64,000 nucleotides of DNA from Negaprion brevirostris (Eukaryota), in the NCBI GenBank assembly GCA_030324005.1, contig JARDVH010000193.1, positions 19,606,423 to 19,670,422 on the forward strand. The letters are read 5' to 3'. The stretch's first letter is position 1; each line of letters opens with the position of its first letter. The position numbers and the translations under genes were made by a program. Positions 24,533-36,932 of this stretch are shown here, one piece after another. The notes under the pieces are model-generated. The model searched no databases and was not told the origin of the DNA. It saw only the letters and a list, made by a program, of their open reading frames with translations.

Positions 24533-24896
24533 NNNNNNNNNNNNNNNNNNNNNNNNNNNNNNNNNNNNNNNNNNNNNNNNNNNNNNNNNNNNNNNNNNNN
24601 NNNNNNNNNNNNNNNNNNNNNNNNNNNNNNNNNNNNNNNNNNNNNNNNNNNNNNNNNNNNNNNNNNNNNNNNNNNNNNNNNNNNNNNNNNNNNNNNNNNN
24701 NNNNNNNNNNNNNNNNNNNNNNNNNNNNNNNNNNNNNNNNNNNNNNNNNNNNNNNNNNNNNNNNNNNNNNNNNNNNNNNNNNNNNNNNNNNNNNNNNNNN
24801 NNNNNNNNNNNNNNNNNTGTATGCATGTGTGTTTTTGTCTCTGAATAAGTGTGTGGACGGATAAATAGATCCATGGAGCAGTCTTTTAAAACAGAT

Positions 24897-25213
24897 AATA
24901 GAATCCTGCAGCGTAGAAGGAAGCCATTTGGCCCATCGAATCTGCATCAACCACAATCCCACCCAAACCGTATCTCCTTAACCCCATGTATTTATACTAG
25001 CTAGTCTCCCCAACACTAAGGGGCCATTTAGCATTGCCAATTCACCTTTCCCCCTTTGGGCTGTGGGAAGAAACCGGAGCTTCCGGAGGAAACCCATGCA
25101 GTCATGGGGAGAAAGTGCAAACTCCACACAGACATTGACCGAAGCTGGGAACCAAACCAGGGTCCGTGGCGTTGTAAGGCAGCAGTGCCAACCGCTGTGC
25201 CACTGTGCCACCC
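24897..25213 (-). mobile_element. HE1 V-SINE (CR1 tail)
   Basis: atagaatcctgcagcgtagaaggaagccatttggcccatcgaatctgca...ggcagcagtgccaaccgctgtgccactgtgccaccc. Confidence 0.9.
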
Positions 25214-26646
25214 AAGTTATAAAATTATAATATTAAGTTTTAAGGTATAAAATATGAGGTTATAACATAAAGATATAAAATTGTAAATGGCCACATCATT
25301 CCTGGAGTCCCTTTCTTTATTTGAGGACATTTTCAACACCTGTCACTATGTAAATCTGTAATTGTTTTAAAAGTAAAGGCCTTCCTTCAACTATCCTCAA
25401 CTACATCAGTCCGTTTTCTCTCAATTCCGCAAATACTCATCCCAAGACTCACCAGAGGAAGCCAAAAGTGTAAATGTTACTAGAACTCAAACTTTCCAAC
25501 TGAAAGACTGAAATTCCATTTTATGCCCATTTTAGGGGACAGATTTTCCGTGCATCAATGTGTTTGACATCATATTGGCCGAGGTGAACTGGAAACATCC
25601 CTCGCAGCTGTCCAAAAACCTTCATCGGAGATCTACTGTTTTAGTAGCCAAACTAAAAATTGATTGAACCTCTGTGTTGGGCAGGATGAATTCAGGATTA
25701 CTTCATCCAGGTGATACCAACCAGTAGTCCTCGAGGGTGCCACCAGGAAGCAGTGTATCTTAAAAAAAACTTAACGTGGAACAAGGAGGAGCTTTGTGAT
25801 CAGCAAGCCACCTCTGGACTGATCTCTCCCGCCTTGTGTTCCCCAGAACTGTTCTAATAAGGCTGGCAAATCTGCTTCACAGTGTTCTTGCCACTGGTTT
25901 CATTGCAGCTTGATCAATTTTTGAGGCCAGTGTTCTATTTCTCGTGTCAATTTCATCTATTCAAAATCAATGCAAAGTTAATGCCTGTGTCGTTGATTCA
26001 GAGACAGAGTAATCAGTAATGGATTACTGTAAATATATAAATACCTTTAATAATGGGAAAGTTGTGGAAATTGTAAATTTTTAAGTATCCTATAGATTTC
26101 AATACTGGAATAAATACTAAATAGTCGAACATGAGATGTAATACTCGCTGAATGAGTTATTGGAAACCGTTCTTGGTATACATAAAGCCAAGTGTTGGTT
26201 TGTAAATTAGTAGGTAATGTCTAACTATTGACTCTCATGAAATCATACGCTGCCCTCTTTTGAGGAGAGGCTCCCTTTCTAGGTTTTGTCATCATTTTAA
26301 AATGAGGTAGGGATAGTTTTCCATAGAGCGTGGAAGCTATCATATTCCAGTACCTCAGTCTTTGCATTAGGGAAAAGGTGAACCATGACCCATCAGCTCT
26401 CTGTGGTGCTGCTTTCAACATATTTCAGTCTATGTGAAATACAAAAGATGCTGTGCACTGTGTTGGATTCTGAAACATGGGAAAATGATGACTTATCCAA
26501 TCTCAAGATATTTGCGCAAGCTGCAACAAGAATTAAGAAAGAAATTGTTATCTCCTTGGGTTACCAGGGCTACTTTGATCAAAGTATTTTTATTTCCAAG
26601 GAAAAAAGTATCACCCAATGTGGGTAGTAGGTATAGATATATATAT

Positions 26647-26722
26647 TGTGTGCGCTTGCGCGCGCACATGCGTCATGTGTCCAAATGTGTGTGTATGTGT
26701 GTGTGAGTGTGTGTGCGTGTGT
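26647..26722. repeat. (GT)n/(GC)n alternating purine-pyrimidine tract
   Basis: tgtgtgcgcttgcgcgcgcacatgcg...tgtgtgtgtatgtgtgtgtgagtgtgtgtgcgtgtgt. Confidence 0.85.
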
Positions 26723-26871
26723 AAATACAACACTGCCTTTTAAGTTGTTTGAATACTATTCCACAAGTGAATAAACACCCAAAGAACAAAGTCAAAAAGT
26801 GCATCATACAGTTCTCATTATCAGCTGGGGTAATTGAGATTGTAGCATCCCAGTTGCCCAACCTTCTCTGT

Positions 26872-27045
26872 CCATAACACCATTAGATAAAGGAGCAGAA
26901 TTAAGCCATTCAGCCCATTGGGTTTGCTCTGCCGTTCGACCAGGGATGACATATTTCTCAGTCCCATTCCAACACCTTTTCCCCATAACCTTTGATCCCT
27001 TTACCAATCAAGAACCTATCTATCTCTGCCTTAAATACACTCAAA
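26872..27045 (-). mobile_element. CR1 3' end
   Basis: ggagcagaattaagccattcagcccat...ccccataacctttgatccctttaccaatcaagaacctatctatctctgccttaaatacactca. Confidence 0.85.
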
Positions 27046-28309
27046 AACACTTGGGTGGTAAACATTTGGGACAGGTTGCTTACGTATTATGCAAACCACC
27101 TGAGATTTATTCCCATGACCATGGCTGAAAAGAAGATCAGGTAATTGCAACAACCAGTGACCATTCCCCAGCACAAACTGAGTTGTAAACTCCATGCTTG
27201 CCCACATAGTGCGGTGTGTAGTATTTTTTGTTTTAAATAGTTACATTTTGAGGGATTCTAGTCCACTCTGGCTTTCAATTTCTGCTACGTTGTGCACGGT
27301 ATTGTGGATTAGCACTGTGGAATGTTTAGGGTCAGCCTTCGCCGCTGTGCTCCTGTCTTCATTACATGCCACAGAAGGATGGAGGATATGTGTGTGAGTA
27401 GAGCTGCTCGGAGTTCACCCAGGGGCAAAGGTTTATTTGTTGCTCATTTTATTTATGTGGAGCTTGTATAAGTTTATTTCAGGTTGTATAAGTGTTTTGT
27501 GGGCCAGCTGGGTAGCATCAGTAAACTATTTTTTCTTGTGCAATTGATTGTCCAGAATGCTTAGCGGCCGTTATGGCAAGGGAGTTGTCACTGTTACAGC
27601 TGTGAGCTGGGTGATGGTCAGACTGTACAGTTGTGAATCGTGGTCTGAGGCGACCAAAACGTGCAAAAGACAGGTTTGTTAACTGATAAACATTTAGGAG
27701 AATTCAAAGCAAAATATTCGATATACAGAGGTGATATTTTACATAATTATTGTATGGAATGTTAACTGTAATAGTCTCAAGGTGCAGTTTCCTAATTTGT
27801 CATTTCAGTCAATTTGGAGTGTGCCAATATTATTTAATTCATTACATCACATTAGACCAGGATATATAATTTTAAGTACTTTAGATAATAAGGTAAAGCT
27901 GTTTCTCATATTTGGGTATAGATCATTTTTGATGATTTAACTTTACGTTAAGGGCAGGCTTACAGGGTTGAAAGGCCTGTTCCTGTGCTGTAACTTTCTT
28001 TGTCCTTTGTTCTGGCTAAAGGTTAAAAACTCAGTTCACTAGGCACTGTGGTAGGGCAGCACAATGGCATTGTGGTGGGATGCCATTGAAACCCAATATC
28101 CTCCCAATGATTTTCAGGTCTTTTTCATTTACCCACTATGGGTGAATAATGATGAGCAGAAACACTTCAGGAGAATCACCCTGGGTTAGTCCCAGATGTT
28201 TCCAAGTTCTTGGAATCAAAGAAACTGCACAATAGGAGACAGTTCAACATGTTGTGTTGGTGCCAGCTGTTCAATCGAAGGTACTTGTACAATCCCATTT
28301 CCTTAGCTT

Positions 28310-28710
28310 TCCCTCATGTTAGCTTAACAATGAGGGTAAGACGTCTGAACAGCTCGACTACATTCGCCGGGTGAATGCTGGCCAAATGCTCAAAGTGAGC
28401 TGGGCGCTGGCTCATGATATTCTGGGCGTCCCCACCTCCATTACAAGTGAGAAATGAAGATTGGAGACATTGATGCTGACAAGTGGGAGACAGCTGTTGA
28501 CGACCGAGACCTCTGGTGGCTGATTGTTCGGAAGGACGTTGGAAAAGGTAAGCAGAAATGAAAAACTGAACTGGCCGAGAAAAGGGCCCAGAGAACACAG
28601 AGCTGTTCTTCCGAATCATACACCTTCAGCCCACTTTCTTCCTCTGTAGCCGCACCAGGCAACACCAAATAGGTAAGATCACCACAGAGTCAAGCATCAT
28701 CTTACAAGGC
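28310..28710 (+). mobile_element. RTE-clade LINE 3' relic
   Basis: RRLNS...SELGAGS*YSGRPHLHYK / MKIGDIDADKWETAVDDRDLWWLIVRKDVGK..K*KTELAEKRAQR, typical of the RTE C-terminus (GRP...W...A.DR..WR). Confidence 0.75.
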
Positions 28711-29096
28711 CTTCCCTGCGCCTTCTAGAATCATCTATTTTGGAGCCGTACTGGTGGAAGCTTCAGAGCTAATCATCTACCTGCATTTTTAGCCATGATG
28801 GCCTATTTTATTGGAAGTCCCAGAGGGAAAAGTTAAGAAGGAGCATCAAAATGCAAAGACATCTCAACCGCTGTTACCTGCCCTATCAACATTTCAATTC
28901 ACCCTGTAAACTCCAGATATTGTGACTGTCAAATGTAGCGATCAGATTAAAGGGATTGTTGAAATGTGATTCTGTGCAATGGGAGCAGAGTCTTTTACTA
29001 GATTAACAAAACATAGCCATACATTATCTTCAGTTTTTAGCAAAATTTTGTCAGCATATCTCATGAGGCAAAATGATGTTTGCAGTATCATCAAAA

Positions 29097-29318
29097 CGGC
29101 AGGATTTTCTGCCCCCATCCCCCGCCATGGCCCCCGATTTTCTGGTGGTGGAAGCAGCTCACCATTGGCCTCTGATGGGATATTCTGATCCCACCAATGT
29201 CTACAATGTTTGGCCGGGTTTGCCCGTCCTGCCACCCAGGCCGGGGTGGGTGGCGCCACCTTTGGCGAGACTGGAAGATCTGGCCAGGGAAAGGCCAAAA
29301 ATTCCGGAATATCCTGCC
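29097..29318. mobile_element. Longer (two-module) MITE
   Basis: cggcaggattttc ... gaatatcctgcc inverted ends. Confidence 0.65.
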
Positions 29319-29399
29319 ATCATTATCATAACGTATCCTAGGCTACAAAATAATTTAGTCTTTTATTGTATTTTGGAGAAATTGACAGAATTTTGTTTA

Positions 29400-29523
29400 G
29401 GGTGGGATTTTCCTCACAAGCCTTTGCCTTTTGTGGCAGTGGTTGATGCCCACCATTCGCCCATGGCAGAGGTGGTCATCAGTAGGACCAGAAAATCCCG
29501 TGAACAGTCAGAAAACTCCAGCC
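29400..29523. mobile_element. Harbinger-type MITE with TTA target-site duplication
   Basis: TTA-GGGTGGGATTTTC ... GAAAACTCCAGCC-TTA. Confidence 0.75.
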
Positions 29524-30464
29524 TTAGTGTTTAATAAATCAAAGCCTTATTCCCCCTTTAATTTCTTATAAAATACATTGGTTCCTTTTCAAAAGTTCCA
29601 GTAAAACATACCATTGATTTTGCGAATTATAAATTTTTAACACACCAATTTGGTGTCATCTTTAAATCAGAAAATGTCATCCTGCTTAACATGACAGTGT
29701 ACACCTTGTTGTTCCAGTGGCTACACACTCTACATCAATACCTATGTCACAAAGATGACTTCTCCTAACCTACATCAATAAATATTTCTGAAAATAAGAC
29801 TTTAGGGCTGAATAATTCATTACTTATGATTAGAAGACATACTTGAGGAAATGTAATACCCATTTACTAGTATCTTGTTTCTAGAATGTTTGTCTCCAGT
29901 TGGAGATTTTTCTGTCAGAGGTTGTGACATTTAAGATCCATTTTTGAGTTTTCATACGTACAAACAGACCGTCCTGGTTATGGATTGCAAAAGATCATAT
30001 GGAGCAGGTAAAGTTCCTAAAGATTCATTGCAGAGGTGGTTCGTTGATAAGATAATGGGACTAATGTAACTCATTCATCCGTCACGTTTAAGAAGTATGC
30101 AATTCTCGGCTGGTGATGATAAATTAAAGGAAGCACACTCCAATATTCCATTCATAAAAATGAACATGAGATTTGCTGGTGACTTTTTTTATTACTATCA
30201 TCAGGTTACCATTGAACATTTTCAATCTTTTACTGCAACTGGCCACATGCAACTGAGAGTGGGTAATAAGCAAATGTTGCAAGTTTGTAAAGAAGGCAAC
30301 AGTGAATGCAAAACACCTGCAACGCGGAAAGTCAATGCACTTCTTCATTGTAGCATCAAGGGTTAATGTTAAATATATAGTCTCCATTATCAATGATATA
30401 TGAGCACATGGCAGCAATCCATGGAGAGGGATAGATCTATGTAGAGCCTCATGTTAAGTCAGTA

Positions 30465-31310
30465 TTGTATGCAGTTAGTTGAATACTGTGGCTTCAAGAG
30501 TAAGTCAGAGGCTGGGAATTCTGAATAGGGCAGCATGGTGGCACAATGGCTAGTACTGCTGCCTCACTCTACCAGGTTCGTTTCCCGGCTTGGGTACCTC
30601 TGTGCAGCGTCTACACATTGTGTGTGTGGGTTTCCTTCAGGTGCTCTGGTTTCCTCCCACAGTCCAAAAGACTTATTGGTTAGGTACATTGACCATGCGA
30701 AATTCTCTCTCAATGTACCCAAACTGATGCTAGAGTGTGGTGGCTGGGGGATTTTCACTCCAGTGTTAGTGTAAGCTTACTTGTGTCATTAATAAATAAA
30801 CTTGAAGTCATTTCCTGACTCTCCAAAATCTGTCTACCTTCTACGAGATTCCAAGGCACCACTTGCCTGAATGAATGCAGCTAAATCTCAGGAATCTCTG
30901 ACATCATCCAGGACAAAGCAGCCGACGTTACATCCACTAAAGTAAACATTTGCTCCCTCCACCACATATACACTGTAACATCAGTGTGCACTGTCTACAA
31001 GATGCACTTCAATAACTCATCAGGGCTTCTTTGACAGCACTTTCCAAAATCCAGTAAATACCACATCCAAGCATAAGAACAGCAGATGTGTAAGAACATC
31101 ACCATGTGAGTTCCCATTAAGCCACACAAACTTGGAACCGGATTGCCATTCTTTTACTGTCATTGAGTCAAAATTTTGGAACCTCCTTCCTAACAGAAAT
31201 ATAGGTCTTTCTGCACTATATGGTATGCAACGATTCAAGAAGGCAGCTCACCATCTTCTCAAGGTCAATTAGAGATGGGCAATAAACACTGGCAATGATG
31301 CCTACACTGA
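30465..31310 (+). mobile_element. LINE 3' end (CR1/L2 superclade, distinct from HER1), split by a SINE
   Basis: VASRVSQRLGIL|SINE|..IIQDKAA...SLHH...VCTVYKMH...SFTVIESKFWNLLPN...QRFKKAAHHLLK + gatgggcaataaa tail; second copy at 32785-33200 on the minus strand. Confidence 0.75.
30528..30803 (+). mobile_element. V-SINE with Rex/Babar-like tail
   Basis: gggcagcatggtggcacaatgg...ttcctcccacagtccaaaagac...gtaagcttacttgtgtcattaataaataaac. Confidence 0.85.
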
Positions 31311-31525
31311 GAATTTTGTCAAAGGACTTAAAGTTAGTTTCTTGAGATGACCCATAGGAAACTAATGTTCCAACAAATAGTATTTATTAGTTTTAACTTG
31401 TATAAAGGAGCACTGGGATCAAATATTGCTATTTACTTCATGTAGCAATGGAAGTTAACTAAATATTGATTCATGCATATGATAAAAAGGGATGAATTTT
31501 GGATGGTTTTGGCAGAGGAGATGTA

Positions 31526-31805
31526 TTCTAGAATTCCTACAGTGTAGAAGAAGATTATTCAGCCCTTCACTGACAACAATCCCATCTAGGTCCTATCCCC
31601 GTAACTTCATGTATTTACTCTGCAAATCCCCTGAATTAGCATGGCCAATCAACCTAACCCACACATCTTTGGAGTGTGGGAAGAAACTGGAGCACCCGAA
31701 GGAAACCCACGCAGACACATGGAGAATATGCTAACTCCACATAACAGTCACCCAAGACCTGAATTGAACCCGTGTCCCTGGCGCTGTGAGACAGGAGTGC
31801 TAGCC
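31526..31805 (-). mobile_element. HE1 V-SINE (CR1 tail)
   Basis: tagaattcctacagtgtagaaga...gcatggccaatcaacctaacc...gtccctggcgctgtgag. Confidence 0.85.
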
Positions 31806-32682
31806 AGTATGTAACTACTACCTGATAAACATGTCTCAACCAATAATTTCCTCAATGCTGACGGTCTCTGAAATTTTCAATAAATTTCACACTAACTTAC
31901 AGTTTGGTTGCTATTGGTTTGCGATCAAATGGAATAAATCCTACTGGTTTCTTCATTTTACTGGTCTCTTTCTGATTAATCTTCAAGTTGTTTATTAAAA
32001 AATACAGAATTATATTAATAAATCAACATGGAAAAATGTTAGAAACAAAGACCGAAATTATCTTCTTCGCAATATGTTATCAGAGTGGTTAATGAATCCA
32101 TTTCTCAGTCATTTACGGCTTTAAAAAAACCCTAACTAAGCATCAAGTTAAACCTTTCTCATTAATATGTAACAAAATCCTGGCAATTAAAGAGATGGAC
32201 TAATTTATTTGATTCATCATGTACATCACAGCATGCTGTTTATCTAAGAATATCTCCAATGTAATTATTTATTAATCATGTGTTCTGAAACTCCGATGTG
32301 CTCAGAAAACAATGGCAATTAGACTCTATAAAGATGTACACAGAATTTGCAGTCTGCTTTTTGCTGACATTGGCTGTACAAATGCGAGAAATAAAAATCA
32401 TTTGAAAGAAATACTAATCTTCTTGGAAGGATTACTCAATGCCTAAATTCCAAAATTTCTGTTATTCCAGAATTAAAGGTTTACAAAGTTTTCCAAATTG
32501 GGATTTTTTTGTCACTTTATTGGCAGGTTATTTCTATTGAATGTTTTATCTTGGGAAGCACTCAAGCGAATTCAATGAAATTAAAATTAAATCCCAGTCG
32601 TTTTCTGTTTTCATGTCCTTCTTTGATCCCATTAAACAGGTACCAGGATTTGGATAAAAACAAGTAATTGCCAAGCTGGAAT

Positions 32683-32785
32683 CTGCAACAAAAGGAAAAT
32701 GCTGGGGAATCTCAACAAGTTTGATAGCATCTGTGGAGAGAGAACAGAACTAATATTTCAAGTCTGTATGGCTCTTCCTCAGCTC
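32683..32785 (-). mobile_element. PLE-type terminal fragment with hammerhead-like motif
   Basis: Reverse complement: agagCTGAGGAagagccatacagacttGAAAtaTTagttct...cagatgctatcaaacttgttgagattccccagcattttcc; homologous to 6511-6609. Confidence 0.55.
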
Positions 32786-33200
32786 TTGGACATAGGCATT
32801 GCCAACTAGGCCAACAGCTATTGCTCTTGGGAAGATGGTGGTGAGCTGCCTTCTTGCACAGCTGCATTTCATGTAATGCAGGAACACCCACAGTGTTATT
32901 AGGGACGGAGTTCCAGGATTTTGACCTCGCAACAGTGAAAGCGATATATTTCCAAGTCAGCATAATAAGTGGCTTGGAAAGAACTTCCAAGTGGTGGTCC
33001 TCCCACGTGTCTGCTACCCTTGTCCTTTTAAATGGTGCTCATTTTGTGTTTGGTAGGTGCTGCCTAAGGACTCTTGGTGAACTCTTGCAGTGTATCTTGT
33101 CGATGGATGACTGGCTCTATTGTCACTGTTCATCAGTGGTGGAGGGAGTGAGATTTTGTGGAAGGTGTGCCAATCAAATGGGCACCCCTTGAATGTTAAG
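32785..33200 (-). mobile_element. LINE 3' end, same family as 30465-31310
   Basis: FTVARSKSWNSVPNNTVGVPALHEMQLCKKAAHHHLPK. Confidence 0.75.
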
Positions 33201-33224
33201 ATCCCTTCAATGTTGTTGGATCTG

Positions 33225-33317
33225 CACCCACTGGGCGAGAAGGTTTTGCTGCAGCTGTATAGGGCATTGGTGAGGCCGCAGCTGGAGTACTGTGTGCAGT
33301 TTTGGTCGCCGCACTTA
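33225..33317 (+). mobile_element. CR1 fragment
   Basis: EKVLLQLYRALVRPQLEYCVQFWSPHL. Confidence 0.9.
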
Positions 33318-33417
33318 NNNNNNNNNNNNNNNNNNNNNNNNNNNNNNNNNNNNNNNNNNNNNNNNNNNNNNNNNNNNNNNNNNNNNNNNNNNNNNNNNNN
33401 NNNNNNNNNNNNNNNNN

Positions 33418-33602
33418 GGCCAATCAACCTAACCCACACATCTTTGGACTGTGGGAGGAAACCGGAGCACCCAGAGGAAACCCACACAGACATGGAGAGA
33501 ATGTGCAAACTCCACACTGACAGTAACCCAAGTCAGGGATCGAACCCGGGATGCTGGAGCTGTGGAGCAGCAGTGCTAACCACTGTGCCACCATGCCGCC
33601 CC
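33418..33602 (-). mobile_element. HE1 V-SINE 5' part
   Basis: V-domain and head gcagcagtgctaaccactgtgccaccatgccgccc. Confidence 0.9.
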
Positions 33603-34164
33603 AGATAATCATGTAAAATCGTATCATAGCAAGGCACAGAGATAGACTGTTCTATGTAAGACCTTGCGCTAAGGCTGTACCATACATACATGGTTAGTGT
33701 AATGCTCACTAAAAGATAGTTCACCCACAGCCTTGCCTTCAGCAGTATCTGTAAGTCAAAATCATGAACACCCCATTTAAAATATAAAACAATAACAAAA
33801 TCAGCGAAGACTAAAAGATAAACTCAATTTGAACTAAAGGAAGGAGGGCAAGAAAGAACAGTAAGAAATCAAGGATCAGAAATGTTGACCCTTGTTTCAA
33901 AGAAGCAGCTGGCCTGTAAGCAATTTTTTTAAAAAGCTGTTTTTTTTAGAGAGAAGTGAAAGGTTTGGATGATCGATGAATAACATTTCAATTTGGGAGT
34001 GCAAAAAGATGAATGGAGCGTGACAGCATGACCATGGCTTAATGGAGGGTGGCGATGAGGGGGGAATGGGTACAGGAAGTCATAGGAAGATTCCATGCAC
34101 ACAGGAAAATAAAAATGAAGGGGGTTGGAATCGCAAGCGAGTGAGTGGGAAAAACTGATAAGTT

Positions 34165-34492
34165 TTAAGTTTAAGTTTTTTTTAAGTTAAGTTTATCTAT
34201 TAATGTCACTAGTAAGCTTATGTTAACATTGCAATGAACTCAGAATCAGAATTCCTGAGGCACCACATTCCAGCGCCTGTTCGGGTACATTGAGGGAGGA
34301 TTTAGCATGGCCAATCCACCTAATCAGCACATCTTTTGGACTGTGGGAGGAAACTGGAGCACCCGGAGGAAATTCATGCAGGCACAGGGGAACATGCAAG
34401 CTCCACACAGACAGCGACCCAAGCCAGGAATCAAATCCAGGTCCCTGCCATTGTGAGGCAGCAGTGCTAACCACTCTGCCACCATCCTACCC
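34165..34492 (-). mobile_element. V-SINE with Rex/Babar-like tail
   Basis: taatgtcactagtaagcttatgttaacattgcaatgaa...gcgcctgttcgggtacattgagggag...gcagcagtgctaaccactctgccacc. Confidence 0.85.
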
Positions 34493-35009
34493 ACGGTAGC
34501 TATGGTTTGAAGTTCCAAAATTCAGCGTTTGGACCAGAACGTTGCTGAACACTGAAGTGATATTTATCCTGACTTGGTCAGAATATTGTGCAGGTTGGCA
34601 GGTCAAACTAGCAACAGCGGAAAGAGTTGAAGTGGCGCGTCCCACTGAAAAGAGAAGAATTCCGTAGACTGGATTGAGAGTAGGAGACAGCATCAACACA
34701 GCCATTCCTTAATATAAAGACAGGTTGGAATAAAGAGTTTTCCCAACGTTCTACGAAAAGAAATGCACAGCTGGGATCCAGGTGAATTCTTATAACACAT
34801 TTTACAGGGAGGAAATGAATGGAATTGAAAGAAAGTTGGTTCACAGTGAGATCTGCCACCATGTACAAGAAGGTGGTGCTGGAGGTGAACGGGTTGGAGC
34901 TCTGTTCAAGAGACAGATGGGAGGACAAGAATTCACCTGTGGATTCAATATGGAAAGGGCAGTGAAGAGCTTCCAAGGAATCACCTACTGAGCACATCAG
35001 ATTATATTG

Positions 35010-35690
35010 GATATATAGCACAGGAATAGGCCATTTGGCCCAACCAATCCATCTTAGTGCTTATGGTCCAACCCCAAATTCTCACCATTTTTGGATTTCT
35101 TGGTGTCTATTTTATATTGATGCTTTTCCCACAAGAGGAAAGATTCACTGTATCCATTCAATCAAAACCTTTCAGGATTTTGAAGATCTCTATTAGGTCA
35201 CCCTTCAACTTTCTTTTGTCTGGAGAAAAATGACCCAGCCTAAGAAATCTTTCCTGAAGTGTATCCCCACGTATTTCAGGTATCATCCTTATAAATCTTC
35301 TCTGCACTCTCCTGAGTGCCTCTATTTTCTTTTCACAATACAGTCACCAGAACTGCATGCAGTGGTCAAAGTGACCAGGGTTCAATACTGTTTTAGCATA
35401 ACTTGCCTACTTTTCAATTCTATCTCTCAAGAAGTAAAAGCTTGAGCTTGGTTTGCCTTTTAATAGCCTTGCTAACCCATGGCACAACCTTTAATGATTG
35501 ATATATTTGTACTCTGAGATCCCTTTGTTCCTAAACACTCCCTACACTTGTATCTTTCAAGTAATAAGTGACCTCCATACTCTTTGTACCACATTTATCT
35601 GTGTTGAATATCATTTGCGAATGGTTTGCCCATTCCACACTTATATTAAGTCCTTGGGTTCTCCTTAGAATTGACTATTTGCCACAATTT
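35010..35690 (-). mobile_element. Old CR1 3' fragment
   Basis: gcacaggaataggccatttggccc 3' UTR; ttttgaagatctctattaggtcaccc (RGDLIEIFKI on the minus strand). Confidence 0.7.
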
Positions 35691-36059
35691 GGAAGCTGGG
35701 CAAGGAAGAACAGAACAGAATCACAATAAGAGGGGAAAATAAAGCAAATCAGTCTGACAGTGAAGTTCTTGCATATCTTGGGGAGGATGTGGAAATGGAT
35801 GTGTAAAGAATTTGAAAACTAATATTGGAGGAAGTGGAGAAAGGAAATCTGTGGAAGAACTGAAACTGGTGAGAGTCAAGGTATGATGTTTGGTAATCAG
35901 TACTGGGATCATGGTTCTGAGGGAAATAAGAACAGACATTAGACATTTACCCTTTAGCCTCAACCTAGCAGAGATCCTCTGGAAAACTGAATTATCATTT
36001 GCTGTTGTATTTCAGTCCTCTTGAGGTGACGGTCCACACTCCATTAGCCTTTTTGATCC

Positions 36060-36215
36060 CATAGAAATAGAACCATAGAAAATTTACAGCTCAGAAACAG
36101 GCCTTTTGGCCCTTCTTGTCTCTGCTGAACCATTTTTTGCCTCGTCCCACTGACCTGCACTTGGACCATATCCCTCCACACCCCTCTCATCCATGTACCT
36201 GTCCAAGTTTTTCAT
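36060..36215 (-). mobile_element. CR1 3' UTR (another subfamily)
   Basis: atagaaatagaaccatagaaaatttacagctcagaaacaggccttttggccc. Confidence 0.75.
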
Positions 36216-36897
36216 TGTGTCCATGGGCATCTAAATCCCCGTTGCTTATCCACTGCTTCTAGCCTCTCAGCATTGAGAACATTTCTAATTTGTCTTCCTC
36301 ATAGTCAAAGTGGATAACCTCATGCTTCCCTACTTTGATCATTTACCATTGTTTTGCCCATTCACTTATTTTTCTATTCTCTTTTCTAAAAATGTATTTC
36401 TCCCATCTACACAACTTACATTGCACCCTACTATAGAATCATCGGTAAACTTTCATGTACAATTCTGTTCTTTCTTCTGAGTCATTCAAATACATGGTGG
36501 AAATCTCAGAGACCAGTGTTGGTCACTGAGGGACATCAATTTTCATGTTCTACCACTCAGAGAACATTCCCTTGCTGAGGACAGGTCATTGAAGAAAAAG
36601 CTATTTGCTGACCATTAAACCTAGTGATTGTTTCCCAGGGTGGAACTCTCCCAAGCCTTTGCTGGTGTGTTCAATGCAAGGGATGGGAGGAAAAGATGGT
36701 TGAAGGGTCAGAAATTAATTTCAAGCCAGCATGAATCTATAGTGGGATCTTCCAATAGTGCCTGCCTTGGCAAATTGGAAAATCCACCTGAGGAAGGCCC
36801 AAAATACCCTCCCATGTCAGAATATAGAGTTGCCGGCGTCGGACTGGGGTAGGCACAGTAAGTAGCCTCAAAACACCAGTTTAAAATCCAACAGGTA

Positions 36898-36932
36898 TAC
36901 CTGATGAAGGGGAAGCACCCTGAAAGCTCGTG
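36898..36932 (+). ncRNA. Minimal (PLE-type) hammerhead ribozyme motif with intact core
   Basis: UAC CUGAUGA A GGGG AAGCA CCCU GAAA GC UC GUG: conserved CUGANGA, GAAA and UH core, 4-bp stem II, 3-bp stem I, palindromic AGCU in place of stem III. Confidence 0.6.
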
